Source: Candidatus Daviesbacteria bacterium
GTDB lineage: Bacteria; Patescibacteriota; Microgenomatia; Daviesbacterales; UBA10151
Assembly: GCA_016187035.1 (NCBI GenBank)
Contig: JACPKL010000001.1
Location: forward strand, 78,607 to 142,606
DNA: 64,000 nt
Direction of reading: 5' to 3'
In this document: positions 1 to 9,265 of the stretch, piece by piece
Numbering within the stretch: position 1 is the stretch's first letter
Layout: the number at the start of each line of letters is the position of its first letter
Translations under genes and position numbers: made by a program
Notes under the pieces: generated by a model
Database searches by the model: none
The model's input: only the letters and a program-made list of their open reading frames with translations
What the model was told of the DNA's origin: nothing

Positions 1-1847
1 GCTGCAGATAAAATCTTTGGCACTAAAATAAGTCCTAAGAAGTTTGAATTCTCCTCCCCCATTTTCCCTTTAGACAAATTCATAATCAATATTTTCCCTT
101 CATCCATTACCTTTCTTAAATCAAATGAAGACTCCGATTGCCCAATAATATTCCTCATCATTTTATTAGTCACAAAACGGCCAAACTTAGAAACCGTATA
201 ATCTAATACTTCTGATTTATGAAAATCAGTAGTCTGGGCAATCTGGTCGGTCCAGTAACGTCTGACAACCGGATCTGCCACAAGCGGTAGTAGTTCTTTG
301 ACAAAGTTAGCATCTGTCATAATTCTCATCACCTCTACAAAAGTAGCGCCCTCTTTTGCCATAGCAGTCAACATGGCATTCCTGACCCCATGCTCAAAGC
401 GGGGGCCAATAATTCCTGTTTTATTTGGATCAAACAATTTGTACATCAAACCTATGATAGAAGCCACTACAAAGTGTTTTTGCTGTTCTGTGTGAGCTTC
501 AAGCATATTCAAACCAAAAGGACGGGCAATATCTGAAGGATCAAAATAGATTACGTCCTCTGCCCTGTTTGGCGGAATTAGCTCTAACATTTCCTCTGCT
601 GCATCACCATGAGGATCAATAAAACAAAGTCCTTTACCAGATAAGATATCCTGAAGCATCATACTTTTTAAAAGCTCTGACTTACCAGTGCCGGTTCTTC
701 CAATAATATACATATGACGCCTTCTATCATCTTCTGAGACATAAACCGGACGTATCACACCTCTAAATATGGACCTGCCCAGATAAAGTCCAGAAGTCGG
801 AATTTTTTCAGGTGCCGGTGCTCTTTTGGAAGAAAGCCAAGCAATATATGGTGTTTCAATGGATTTATTTGGAAAATGGAAAATTGAGGCTAACTCATCT
901 GCAGTCAGGACTGATCCTTTAGAATACTTTGGCAGGTAACGGTAAATGAAATCAGTTAAGAAACCTTTTTCAGAAGTTGCTTTAGCTCCACTAAATTGGT
1001 TATACGGACCGCTGAATTGCTCACAAGCAGCTTTCATGTTAGTCAAATGAGCTTTGGCTGAATCTTTAGAAACGCTGGAAGCTACTATCCTAATCACAGT
1101 ATCAAAACCAGCCTTAACAATTTTTCCTTCGACTGCTTCTAATTGCTTGGCATCCGGTGGAGGCTTAGGATTATCCGGCTTGCCTGGGTCTTTTTCTCTT
1201 TTCACCCATTTTTTGCCTGCTTCTTTCCACTTACTGCCTGCAGGAGAAATGATTATTTGGACAGCTGCGCCTTCATCAATTTGCATTTTAGCCAAAGCTG
1301 AGGTTAATGCAGATAAAGGATCAGTTGGCAGATCACGGAAAGTTTTAAGCGGAAAATAATCAGCACTCTTAAGTTTAAGTTGAGTATAAGCAGTTTGGGA
1401 ATTTTCAGAGAAAATATTATATTCTGACACCTCTTTAATTTCTGCGTCAGGATAAGCCCCGTGGATTTGTTTTTCTAACAAATCCTGATAAGACTTATGA
1501 CAACTGACAAAAAATTTAATAGATTCATGGGTAGCTACCAGCTCAAATGCTAAATGAGGTTGGGGAATAAAATTTGCAAACATACCGCCTGATTTTCGCA
1601 AAGAGGCAAAGGTGGCAAATAATTGTTCTGCAGCATCAATCTTTATTTCATTTCCTTTAGGAACCTTTACTTGTAAAAGCACAAACTGCAAAGAAGTTTT
1701 TTCTCTATTCCTATATTTTATCCAGCCTACTAAATACTTTTTTAGAAATAGGAAAATTCCCAAAATTAACAAAATTACAGCCAAGGCTGCCACTAAAGCC
1801 ATTATTGAACTGACAAAATCCATTCCTGTGCTTGTTGTTACTTCCAT
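1..1847 (-). CDS. VirD4/TraG-like coupling-protein-type P-loop ATPase (C-terminus runs off the window start)
   Basis: Open minus-strand frame from the ATG at 1847 to the window edge; it is absent from the ORF track because it has no stop. N-terminal TM segment (MDFVSSIMALVAALAVILLILGIFLF). Walker A 'YIIGRTGTGKSEL' is encoded at about nt 680-720 and is in frame with the 1847 start; 'CFIDPHGD' follows. Confidence 0.6.
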   Translation of the reverse strand, partial: MEVTTSTGMDFVSSIMALVAALAVILLILGIFLFLKKYLVGWIKYRNREKTSLQFVLLQVKVPKGNEIKIDAAEQLFATFASLRKSGGMFANFIPQPHLAFELVATHESIKFFVSCHKSYQDLLEKQIHGAYPDAEIKEVSEYNIFSENSQTAYTQLKLKSADYFPLKTFRDLPTDPLSALTSALAKMQIDEGAAVQIIISPAGSKWKEAGKKWVKREKDPGKPDNPKPPPDAKQLEAVEGKIVKAGFDTVIRIVASSVSKDSAKAHLTNMKAACEQFSGPYNQFSGAKATSEKGFLTDFIYRYLPKYSKGSVLTADELASIFHFPNKSIETPYIAWLSSKRAPAPEKIPTSGLYLGRSIFRGVIRPVYVSEDDRRRHMYIIGRTGTGKSELLKSMMLQDILSGKGLCFIDPHGDAAEEMLELIPPNRAEDVIYFDPSDIARPFGLNMLEAHTEQQKHFVVASIIGLMYKLFDPNKTGIIGPRFEHGVRNAMLTAMAKEGATFVEVMRIMTDANFVKELLPLVADPVVRRYWTDQIAQTTDFHKSEVLDYTVSKFGRFVTNKMMRNIIGQSESSFDLRKVMDEGKILIMNLSKGKMGEENSNFLGLILVPKILSA

Positions 1848-1851
1848 GAAT

Positions 1852-2145
1852 TTATTGCTTTCTTCTAAACCTGTCCAAAACCCAGCGACCAAACCTTCTC
1901 CCAGAACTAACTCTAATGCCTTTATCTGGACCTTCTGTTCCAGAAAGAGTATTTTCAATATGGCCACCTATTGTGTTTCCTATGGCTTCCATAGCATCTC
2001 CTGGACCAAATACCGGCTTTTCTCCTGCCGGGACTGTTTCAGTAGAATGACCCATTGTTTCCAAGGCTTGGCCAACCTCTTGGTGTAACTGAGCGGTAGT
2101 TTGTTCAACTGATTGGATAATTCCTTTTGGGACAGGTTCTTGCAT
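1852..2145 (-). CDS. small hypothetical protein immediately upstream of the VirD4-like gene
   Basis: ORF 1852..2226, trimmed to the internal Met (MQEPVPKG...) to avoid overlap with the divergent 2186 gene. It ends 5 nt before the VirD4-like start. No recognisable motif. Confidence 0.35.
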   Translation of the reverse strand: MQEPVPKGIIQSVEQTTAQLHQEVGQALETMGHSTETVPAGEKPVFGPGDAMEAIGNTIGGHIENTLSGTEGPDKGIRVSSGRRFGRWVLDRFRRKQ

Positions 2146-2185
2146 AGGTATTATTATCTCATACCAGTGTAGTATCATTACAGCC

Positions 2186-2851
2186 ATGATTTTAAAAGTA
2201 TTAGAAAAAAGATTAGAAACCAACAAATATTTTAGTCTAATCTTGGAAAAGAGTGTTAATTTTAGCTTCTACCCTGGACAATATTTAGATATTAGGCTGC
2301 CTGTTAATGATAAACATGGCAGCACTAGAACTTTTACTATTGCTTCTTCCCCTACTGAGGATTTTTTAATGGTCACTACCAAAACAGGAGTTAGCAAATT
2401 TAAAAAGATGATGGAGAAGTTAAAGAGGAGAGCTACTGTCACCACTGCTCATCCAGCAGGCACTTTTACCCTGGATGAATCTACACCGGCAATTTTTATA
2501 GCAGGAGGAATTGGCATTACCCCGTTTAGATCAATGATTAAATATGCTGTAGATAAAAAACTTACCTTCCCAATCACCTTGATCTATTCTAACTCTGATA
2601 ACAACTTTCTTTTTAAAGAGGTTCTAGATCAATGGCAAAACCAACTACCTAATTTGAAAATTATTTATCACAATACCAGACAACAGGATCATTTGAATAG
2701 GACACAACTTACGACGATCGTTCAAATGTATGGGAATCCTATTTACTACTTGGCAGGACCACCTGGATTTGTAAACAGTATGGAGGAAAAACTACTCCAG
2801 TTAGAAGTAGACAAAACAAATATCAGAACTGATAGATTTGATGGGTACTAA
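2186..2851 (+). CDS. ferredoxin-NADP reductase-like FAD/NAD(P)-binding oxidoreductase
   Basis: 'RTFTIASSP' (RxYS-type FAD-binding motif) and 'FIAGGIGITPFRSM' (NAD-binding GGxGxxP). Confidence 0.75.
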   Translation: MILKVLEKRLETNKYFSLILEKSVNFSFYPGQYLDIRLPVNDKHGSTRTFTIASSPTEDFLMVTTKTGVSKFKKMMEKLKRRATVTTAHPAGTFTLDESTPAIFIAGGIGITPFRSMIKYAVDKKLTFPITLIYSNSDNNFLFKEVLDQWQNQLPNLKIIYHNTRQQDHLNRTQLTTIVQMYGNPIYYLAGPPGFVNSMEEKLLQLEVDKTNIRTDRFDGY

Positions 2852-2891
2852 GAAGTTTATCTATCAGATTCAACCATGGTAAAATATCAGT

Positions 2892-3251
2892 ATGAAGACA
2901 AATGCTGTTAAATTCCTTATCATTTTGATAATGAGCGGTTGCCTGCTTGTTTTTACATATCTTTTTCTTGCTTCTCCTCACCGAGTCAGCGGCTCTCCTA
3001 TATCTCCCTTTAAAAGAGGACAATTTATCTTATCAGAAAAGATGACTTACTTATTTTTTCCTCCAGAAGTTGGTGATAGAGTCATCTTCCAACCAGTAGA
3101 AAAACAGGTTGATTCTGTCGGAGCTGGTGACTTTGTGGGAATCATCATGAAAAAAGATAGTGACTTGCATTACACCATCCAGTCAAGAGAAGGTAGTCCC
3201 TGGATAGTATCAAGGAAAGAAATCAAAGAGAGAATATATTATCCATTCTGA
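2892..3251 (+). CDS. membrane-anchored S26 signal-peptidase-like protein, probably catalytically degenerate
   Basis: N-terminal TM. 'VSGSPISPF' aligns to the S26 'GxSMxP' box, but Pro occupies the nucleophile Ser position. Overall resemblance to the 8298 S26-type protein. Confidence 0.35.
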   Translation: MKTNAVKFLIILIMSGCLLVFTYLFLASPHRVSGSPISPFKRGQFILSEKMTYLFFPPEVGDRVIFQPVEKQVDSVGAGDFVGIIMKKDSDLHYTIQSREGSPWIVSRKEIKERIYYPF

Positions 3252-6200
3252 GGATGATCTTTTTTTCGTCTCAAGATCACTGCAACAATTACCAATGATC
3301 CGCCAATGAGTAATACTGCTGCTGCATAGAAAGGAATAAGACGAAGCTTATGCTGAACAGTTTTCTTAAAAACAGAGAATGGATCTGCTTTGGAAGTTCT
3401 GGTAACTATCATTTTGCCAACCGCAGAACTTCCCCATACCTCTGGCGCATACATCAAAGAGGCAGTAACCGGCGGCACGATAAATGTCCCTTCACTTACC
3501 ACCCTTGCTTTGTAGGTATATACTCGCTCACCTGGAACTATTTGATAAAGTGACAACACCATACCATTCTCTGTAACTTCAGTATCAGAAACATCATAGG
3601 AAGTGTAGTAAGTATTTGGATCATATCCATATTGTTCATTTTTAAATGATTGGTTGATCGGTACTAAACCAGAGGGCAACTCATCATTTATTACTCCGTA
3701 ATTTTCATTTGCCTTAAGACCTCCTACAGTTATCTTGACAATCACAGTATCGCCAACACCGATAGAATACTCATCACCCTTTTCATTTACATATTCTCTT
3801 TTAACAGATAAACCACGATTAACTGATTTTGCGTTTCTATCTGTATGGAACTCGGAAGTTACAAGAGTTGAATAGACTTGGCCATCACCTGCTTTATCGA
3901 TTGATAGGGTTGACCCGCCATCCTTAATGTTTGAAACTGGTACAGTAATATCCTGGATAGTCTGTTTTGAATTTGTAACAGTTCCTTGAGCGATTTGTTT
4001 ACCATCCAAAGATACAGCGTAGTTATAATTTGGAGTTAATTCATCACCAGTTTTTGAAAAATCAACCAAGGCTTGAGTAACTTGAGCAGTGGCATATGTA
4101 TTTGACCAATAATCAGATTGTCGGACACGAGTAAGATATCTTACACCTTTAGCTGCTAGGTCTCTATCTCCACCTGCTAATACAATTGCTCTTATGGCGA
4201 GTGCAGTTGAAGCATCTTTTGATCCAAAGTTAAGTTTACTACCTGACCCCCAAAAAACTGCGTCCCCTTGAGTCTGCGCCATAGAAACCAGTTTGTCCAA
4301 ACCATTACTACTAGAATTTTTATCTCCATTTAAGTAATTTGTCATGACAGCAAAAGAGAGTAGATCAGGAGTTAAGTTGTTAAGATCACTTATATGTACA
4401 CTGCTTTTTTGAGCATTAAGCAGGGTTAAGGCGTATGTCTTTGCTACTGTAGCTTCTATGCTGTTATCTTGACTGTTTTCAAGGAAACCTTGAGCTCGTG
4501 ATAACAGATCATCATCAACTTGAGTTCCAGCTTGTTTTGCCTGAAGAAGATACTCTACAACATAAGCTGTTATGAACGGGTCTGATTTACCGGAGAACCA
4601 CCATGCCCATCCGCCATCTCCTTGTTGCAAGGTTGACAGCCTTGAAAGACCTTTTTGGATAACATCATTTAGATCCTTATCTTTTAAGACTTCAGCAAAT
4701 ATATCCTGATTGACTTTTGCTATTACTGCCGGAACAAATCTACTGGTTGTTTGTTCAACACAGCCATAAGGATAGTTGATTAGATATTTCATTGCTGTAG
4801 CTAAAGTACCTATGATAGTCGGTGATAGGGATAGAGTTACTTTGGAATTTTGGGTATGAGCATCAGAAGAAAGTTTTACAGTAAAGCTCTTTGATCCTTC
4901 TCCTGCTTCAGCTCGTCTTTCTTCAAAACCGAAAGGCAAAATAGGTATTTCTTGGGTGACAACATCGGCCAAGTTATTATTGTTTTTCACTCTGGCAGCA
5001 AAGACTAACTTGGACTTTTCATTTTCTGTTGTGGGCTTTACCTTCCAATATAATTGTTTTATTTCATTTGATTTGACAGTCACATCTGAAAAAAGAGGCT
5101 GGTCTATATTGCCTGCGTCAAACTTTAGGTCAATATCAAAAGTTTGATCAAGAGTAGTAAAATTTTGCACAATTGCAGATAAAACTATTTCATCACCAAT
5201 GCGCATGATATTTGGCAAAATCGGACGGACTATGACATCTTTGGTGACTACTATTTCATTTGTTGTTTGTCCGACTCTTGTGTCTGCTGTGGCTGCTACG
5301 GCGGCAATAGTCCAGGTAGTTAAGTTATCAGGTAATTTAAAGCTTACTTGAGCCCTGCCGGCAGCATCTGTACGGATTGAAGGATTCCAATAGGCAGTAT
5401 CTTTGAAAGCATTTCTTTCTATACCCTTATCATTGTGGACCCAAACACCATTGGCAAAATATGTATGATATTTTTCAATCTCCAAATTATAAACGCTGAT
5501 TTTACTTCTTTGCCACTCAACAGAGCTGACCACTACTTTTCTGCCTTGGCTATCAGTTAAAGTATCGCCAACTTGAATACTACCTGCTTGCCTCCAAGCT
5601 TTGCTGACCCACATTATATGGTTGGCTGTCACTTTAAGGTCGCCATTAATGATTAAGTAACCAGCTTCCTCTGTTTGATGAGTTTTTAGCACTTTTGCTT
5701 TTACTAATTTAGAATCTGTCTGACTACTTCTTGTTGAAATATAATCCCCCACCTTGACATCTTCTATATTTTTTAATGTTCCATCAGCCATGAGCACTTT
5801 TGTTCCCGCAGCAAAACAGCCACCGCCGGCTCCTCCCATCTGCTGAACTAAAATACCCTCCAGTGAATGGGACTTTTGAGTTGTATCGCTTCTTTCTTTC
5901 CAGAAGTTTTTAAAAATATCACCAAGTTTATTGTCTGACAGCTCAAAGATTGCTTTATCCACAGTCCAAAGGGCAAGCTCTGTTGAAACAGGGTTTCCTC
6001 CCACATCAGTGGTAGATACGTTGACATTTACCGTTTCCCCAGGACCAAAAGTTTTACTGTTTGGGCTAACTTCAACCAGTAATTTTTTACTCTCTGATGA
6101 GACAACTACATTAATTTGATTTGAATCAAGAGCGCTGCTGGAAAAACTTGAAACTTGGGCATAAATATTTGGTATATCTGTATTTACCAATGGCGCATCA

Positions 6201-8323
6201 ATTGCACCAGTTTTACCATTAAGATGAACTACTTGAAATCTATTAACTCTTCCTCTTTCAAGAGACAAAAAGACATCTCTATCCGGCACCTGTGAGAAAA
6301 TGTTGAAACGCACTGTATCGCCGGGTAGGTATTTTTGTTTATCCGTAGAAATTGTTAAATCGTTATTCCCTCCTTCGGTATAATAAGGCTGGTCTTCTGT
6401 GGAGACATAAGAATAGAAGATTTTTGAAACCAGATTACCCCTGCTGTCTTTACCTTCAACAGTTATGGTGTATGAACCGATTTTGTTTGGCGTCAAGGTA
6501 AACGTAGCGTTCCCTTGTCCATCGGTTCTGGCTGTCAGACCTTGTAAGTCTTCCTCCTCTTTTTTGTATGAAGGGTATTTTTTATCCGGCTCGAGGATCG
6601 ATACCCAATTTGTTCTGTGCAGCTTGGCTGTCAAAGAAATATTAGAAACATTGCCACCGCTTCTGTAAGGGATAAGTGTTACCGGAATATTTTGAGAGGT
6701 ATTCACCTTTGTTCCATAGGAGGTATCTTTGCGGTATATTCCCCAGTCTCCCCCGTAAACTAAGATATTTTTTCTGCTGAAAGACGGATTTTGTGAACCA
6801 TCCTCGTGAGTGGCCTCTATAGAAAATACCTGGCTTTTTCCTTTATTGAAATTCATTACGGTGTTAAGATCTATTTGCGCTTCGCCTTTTTTATCAAGGG
6901 TAGCTGTTCCTTCTGTCACTTTATTGCTGCCGTACCAGTGCCCATAGCGATAATCATCGCTTAAATCTTGAGAAAGGCTTTGCTGGTCAGTTGCATATTG
7001 ATACTCATAAAAATCTGCTGCAAAGACAGTGTATTTTACTTTTTGACCAATCATTGGCTGACTTGAAAAATAAGTACCGGAAATTGTAAATGATGTTTTA
7101 TCTCCGGCTATAAGTTCTGTTTTTGGTGTGGTTACATCAATTGAAAACTCGGGTTTCCTGAAAAATTGCACTTCAAAGTAAGCTGTATTTGAGGAGTATT
7201 CAAAGTCCCAAAAATTCTCTCTGCCTTTCTGCGATGGAACAGTAACAGAAAGATTATAATAATCAACTTTTGCATCGGCTGGTAGCTGATATTGACCACT
7301 TATTGTTCCATCAGAGGATATCGGATAACTTTTTTCAAATACTGAATTCTTTTCATCATACCCTGTATAAATTTTAACTAGAGCTTGCCCGCCTGAAATT
7401 GAATATCGGGCGTCGTCGTCGTCTCTTAGGACTGTTTTAAAATTAACTGTATCTCCTGGTTTGTAAAGTGGCCTGTCAGTAAAGATAAAATATCGAGTTA
7501 ACCTGCCTTTTGGTTGAAACTGTGTATATGAATAACCTGTATTAAGGTATTTTAAGTTTAAAGGAACTATTACCCTATCAGTATTTTGCTCTACTATGGC
7601 AATATCTGCTTGGGCATTTAAGCTTGCTTTGGCTATTCCATCAGCATTAAAGGAAACAGTCTGAAGCTCTTTTTGTAAGTCTGTCAAATTTAATATTTTT
7701 ATCGTTCCATCCGAGATACTTCTTTTAGTTTTGAAATTCTGCCCCCAAAAAATAAATTCATTATCTCCTTCTTTAGTTAAGACGCCAATATTTGATCGTA
7801 GTACAAATGCATCAGCAAAAGTTTTGCCAATTTTGACTTTCAGATACCAAATACCTGTCTCGCCAAAGGGCAAAGGGACTTTTGAACCCTGATAAGAAGC
7901 GGTATTAACAGCATGTTTTACAGTAGTGACGTATTGGAACGAACTTACATCTGGATTTTTCTTTGTCTGTTTACCATCTTTATCGTGAGTTAAATAATCA
8001 AGCATGGCAGCCTCGTTTGCCTGATACATTGTTACTTGCGCCTCACCGGAAATGTTGTATCCGCCTATTATCACTGCCGGTTCATCTGTTGAAGCAAGCG
8101 CTATCAAACCGCCACTACTATAGCCCTGTTCTCCGTCTGAGATATAAATTTGCGGAATTTGTGTATTGCTTCCCAGGACTGTGGACTGCTCAGTTTGTTG
8201 GTTCTGTTGTTTAGCTTGCTGTTTAATCTGCGGGGAGAAAAATAGTGCGAAACCAGTTATTGAAGATATAACCAAAAGAAGGAGTAAAATTAAAAATTTA
8301 TGGCGTGGGAATATTTTGGCCAT
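3239..8323 (-). CDS. alpha-2-macroglobulin family protein with an inserted Hint/BIL domain
   Basis: Thioester motif 'YPYGCVEQTTSRF' (CVEQ encoded at nt 4751-4762). The post-bait motif 'ERNAFKDTAYWNP' and MG-domain-like repeats are present. N-terminal signal/TM from MAKIFPRHKFLILLLLLVISS (start moved from 8440 to the Met at 8323). C-terminal TM anchor. Confidence 0.85.
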   Translation of the reverse strand: MAKIFPRHKFLILLLLLVISSITGFALFFSPQIKQQAKQQNQQTEQSTVLGSNTQIPQIYISDGEQGYSSGGLIALASTDEPAVIIGGYNISGEAQVTMYQANEAAMLDYLTHDKDGKQTKKNPDVSSFQYVTTVKHAVNTASYQGSKVPLPFGETGIWYLKVKIGKTFADAFVLRSNIGVLTKEGDNEFIFWGQNFKTKRSISDGTIKILNLTDLQKELQTVSFNADGIAKASLNAQADIAIVEQNTDRVIVPLNLKYLNTGYSYTQFQPKGRLTRYFIFTDRPLYKPGDTVNFKTVLRDDDDARYSISGGQALVKIYTGYDEKNSVFEKSYPISSDGTISGQYQLPADAKVDYYNLSVTVPSQKGRENFWDFEYSSNTAYFEVQFFRKPEFSIDVTTPKTELIAGDKTSFTISGTYFSSQPMIGQKVKYTVFAADFYEYQYATDQQSLSQDLSDDYRYGHWYGSNKVTEGTATLDKKGEAQIDLNTVMNFNKGKSQVFSIEATHEDGSQNPSFSRKNILVYGGDWGIYRKDTSYGTKVNTSQNIPVTLIPYRSGGNVSNISLTAKLHRTNWVSILEPDKKYPSYKKEEEDLQGLTARTDGQGNATFTLTPNKIGSYTITVEGKDSRGNLVSKIFYSYVSTEDQPYYTEGGNNDLTISTDKQKYLPGDTVRFNIFSQVPDRDVFLSLERGRVNRFQVVHLNGKTGAIDAPLVNTDIPNIYAQVSSFSSSALDSNQINVVVSSESKKLLVEVSPNSKTFGPGETVNVNVSTTDVGGNPVSTELALWTVDKAIFELSDNKLGDIFKNFWKERSDTTQKSHSLEGILVQQMGGAGGGCFAAGTKVLMADGTLKNIEDVKVGDYISTRSSQTDSKLVKAKVLKTHQTEEAGYLIINGDLKVTANHIMWVSKAWRQAGSIQVGDTLTDSQGRKVVVSSVEWQRSKISVYNLEIEKYHTYFANGVWVHNDKGIERNAFKDTAYWNPSIRTDAAGRAQVSFKLPDNLTTWTIAAVAATADTRVGQTTNEIVVTKDVIVRPILPNIMRIGDEIVLSAIVQNFTTLDQTFDIDLKFDAGNIDQPLFSDVTVKSNEIKQLYWKVKPTTENEKSKLVFAARVKNNNNLADVVTQEIPILPFGFEERRAEAGEGSKSFTVKLSSDAHTQNSKVTLSLSPTIIGTLATAMKYLINYPYGCVEQTTSRFVPAVIAKVNQDIFAEVLKDKDLNDVIQKGLSRLSTLQQGDGGWAWWFSGKSDPFITAYVVEYLLQAKQAGTQVDDDLLSRAQGFLENSQDNSIEATVAKTYALTLLNAQKSSVHISDLNNLTPDLLSFAVMTNYLNGDKNSSSNGLDKLVSMAQTQGDAVFWGSGSKLNFGSKDASTALAIRAIVLAGGDRDLAAKGVRYLTRVRQSDYWSNTYATAQVTQALVDFSKTGDELTPNYNYAVSLDGKQIAQGTVTNSKQTIQDITVPVSNIKDGGSTLSIDKAGDGQVYSTLVTSEFHTDRNAKSVNRGLSVKREYVNEKGDEYSIGVGDTVIVKITVGGLKANENYGVINDELPSGLVPINQSFKNEQYGYDPNTYYTSYDVSDTEVTENGMVLSLYQIVPGERVYTYKARVVSEGTFIVPPVTASLMYAPEVWGSSAVGKMIVTRTSKADPFSVFKKTVQHKLRLIPFYAAAVLLIGGSLVIVAVILRRKKDHPQNG
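5432..5818 (-). other. 129-aa Hint (mini-intein / bacterial intein-like) domain embedded in the A2M ORF
   Basis: It starts 'CFAAGTKVLMADG' (block A, Cys1 at nt 5816-5818), has 'TANH' (block B TxxH), and ends 'VYNLEIEKYHTYFANGVWVHN' (blocks F/G, terminal HN at 5432-5437). The +1 residue is Asp, not Cys/Ser/Thr. Confidence 0.75.
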
Positions 8324-8603
8324 AAGATGAATATACCACTTTTCCCACAACTTGATCCATGCTAACTGGACCAAATTCCCTTGAATCAGTACTTTCTTTT
8401 GGGTTATCTCCTGTGACAAAAACTTCACGGTCGTAAACATTTTGTACGCGTTTAACTATTTCCTTACCATCTTGTTTAAGCACAACAATATCTCCTGCTT
8501 TTACTTTATAAAACCAGTTAACAGACACCAGATCTTGACCTTCTCTTAAAGCAGGAAACATAGAATTACCATGGATGGTGAATCTGGAGATAGGAGCTTT
8601 CAT
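8298..8603 (-). CDS. sodX: S26-family peptidase, likely NiSOD maturation protease
   Basis: 'HGNSMFPAL' S26 catalytic Ser box and 'VKRV' Lys region. It lies directly downstream of sodN, separated by 1 nt. Confidence 0.7.
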   Translation of the reverse strand: MKAPISRFTIHGNSMFPALREGQDLVSVNWFYKVKAGDIVVLKQDGKEIVKRVQNVYDREVFVTGDNPKESTDSREFGPVSMDQVVGKVVYSSYGQNIPTP

Positions 8604-8604
8604 A

Positions 8605-9108
8605 CTATTTGTGTGATACTATCTCTCCTCCTGTAGGGTATCCTGAAGGAATTCTAATAGGCTCTAGGCCTTTTGATTTCCAAAAAATCTCTGCAAATTC
8701 CTGTACCTGTAACAACAAATCCATTACTACTGATTCATCAACTCCCTGTTTTGCTTTTGAAGCTAGTTTCATTATTTTCCAAACCTTCTCATGTAAGTTT
8801 GGGGCATCTTTTAAAGCCTCTTCTTTAAAATAATCTCCCCAAATTATTCTAATTTCTTTTTTAACAATTTCTGCATGCTCTTCTTTAATATGAGTTAACC
8901 TGGTAATATCATGGATAATCTTTTTTCTTTCTTCAAGAGGGATGCCATCGCTTTCCACTTTAAGACTTTTTATTAATTTAGTCATTCTCAAAACTGTGTG
9001 GGCTGCTATTTGGGCTGGGTATGGATCATATATCCCACAGGGAATATCACAATGAGCAAAAATGGGTTTTGCAGGAAGGAGTTTAATTAGGAGATTAACT
9101 AAATTCAT
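8605..9108 (-). CDS. sodN: nickel superoxide dismutase precursor
   Basis: Ni-hook 'HCDIPCGIYDP' preceded by a short propeptide (MNLVNLLIKLLPAKPIFA). Length is about 167 aa. Confidence 0.9.
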   Translation of the reverse strand: MNLVNLLIKLLPAKPIFAHCDIPCGIYDPYPAQIAAHTVLRMTKLIKSLKVESDGIPLEERKKIIHDITRLTHIKEEHAEIVKKEIRIIWGDYFKEEALKDAPNLHEKVWKIMKLASKAKQGVDESVVMDLLLQVQEFAEIFWKSKGLEPIRIPSGYPTGGEIVSHK

Positions 9109-9147
9109 AACTTTCGTATTATACCACTTTGTATCCTTTACTTTATA

Positions 9148-9217
9148 GTCTTTCGACTACTTCGACTATGCTCAGTACAGGTACGCTCACCACAAGTACG
9201 CTCAGGGTCGGAATGAC
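9148..9217. repeat. GC-rich inverted-repeat-bounded intergenic element (gtctttcgac ... gtcggaatgac)
   Basis: The termini are near reverse complements. Internal direct repeats are 'ttcgact' x2 and 'gtacgctca' x2. It shares the 'tcggaatgac' end with the element at 22442-22473. Confidence 0.4.
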
Positions 9218-9265
9218 ATTTTCTTTGACTATTCCTGAACTATTACGTCAATTTGACATAAGTCT

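Noticed and set aside
1054-2088. Plus-strand ORFs 1054..1359 and 1612..2088
   Set aside because: They are antisense to the long open VirD4-like frame, which has a Walker A motif and an N-terminal TM segment.
5432-5818. Canonical splicing intein interpretation
   Set aside because: The residue following the terminal His-Asn is Asp rather than Cys/Ser/Thr, so standard trans-esterification to the C-extein is not possible. It is reported as a Hint/BIL-type domain instead.
8324-8440. Upstream 39 codons of the A2M track ORF
   Set aside because: They would overlap most of sodX. The Met at 8323 is followed by a typical signal/TM sequence (MAKIFPRHKFLILLLLLVISS).
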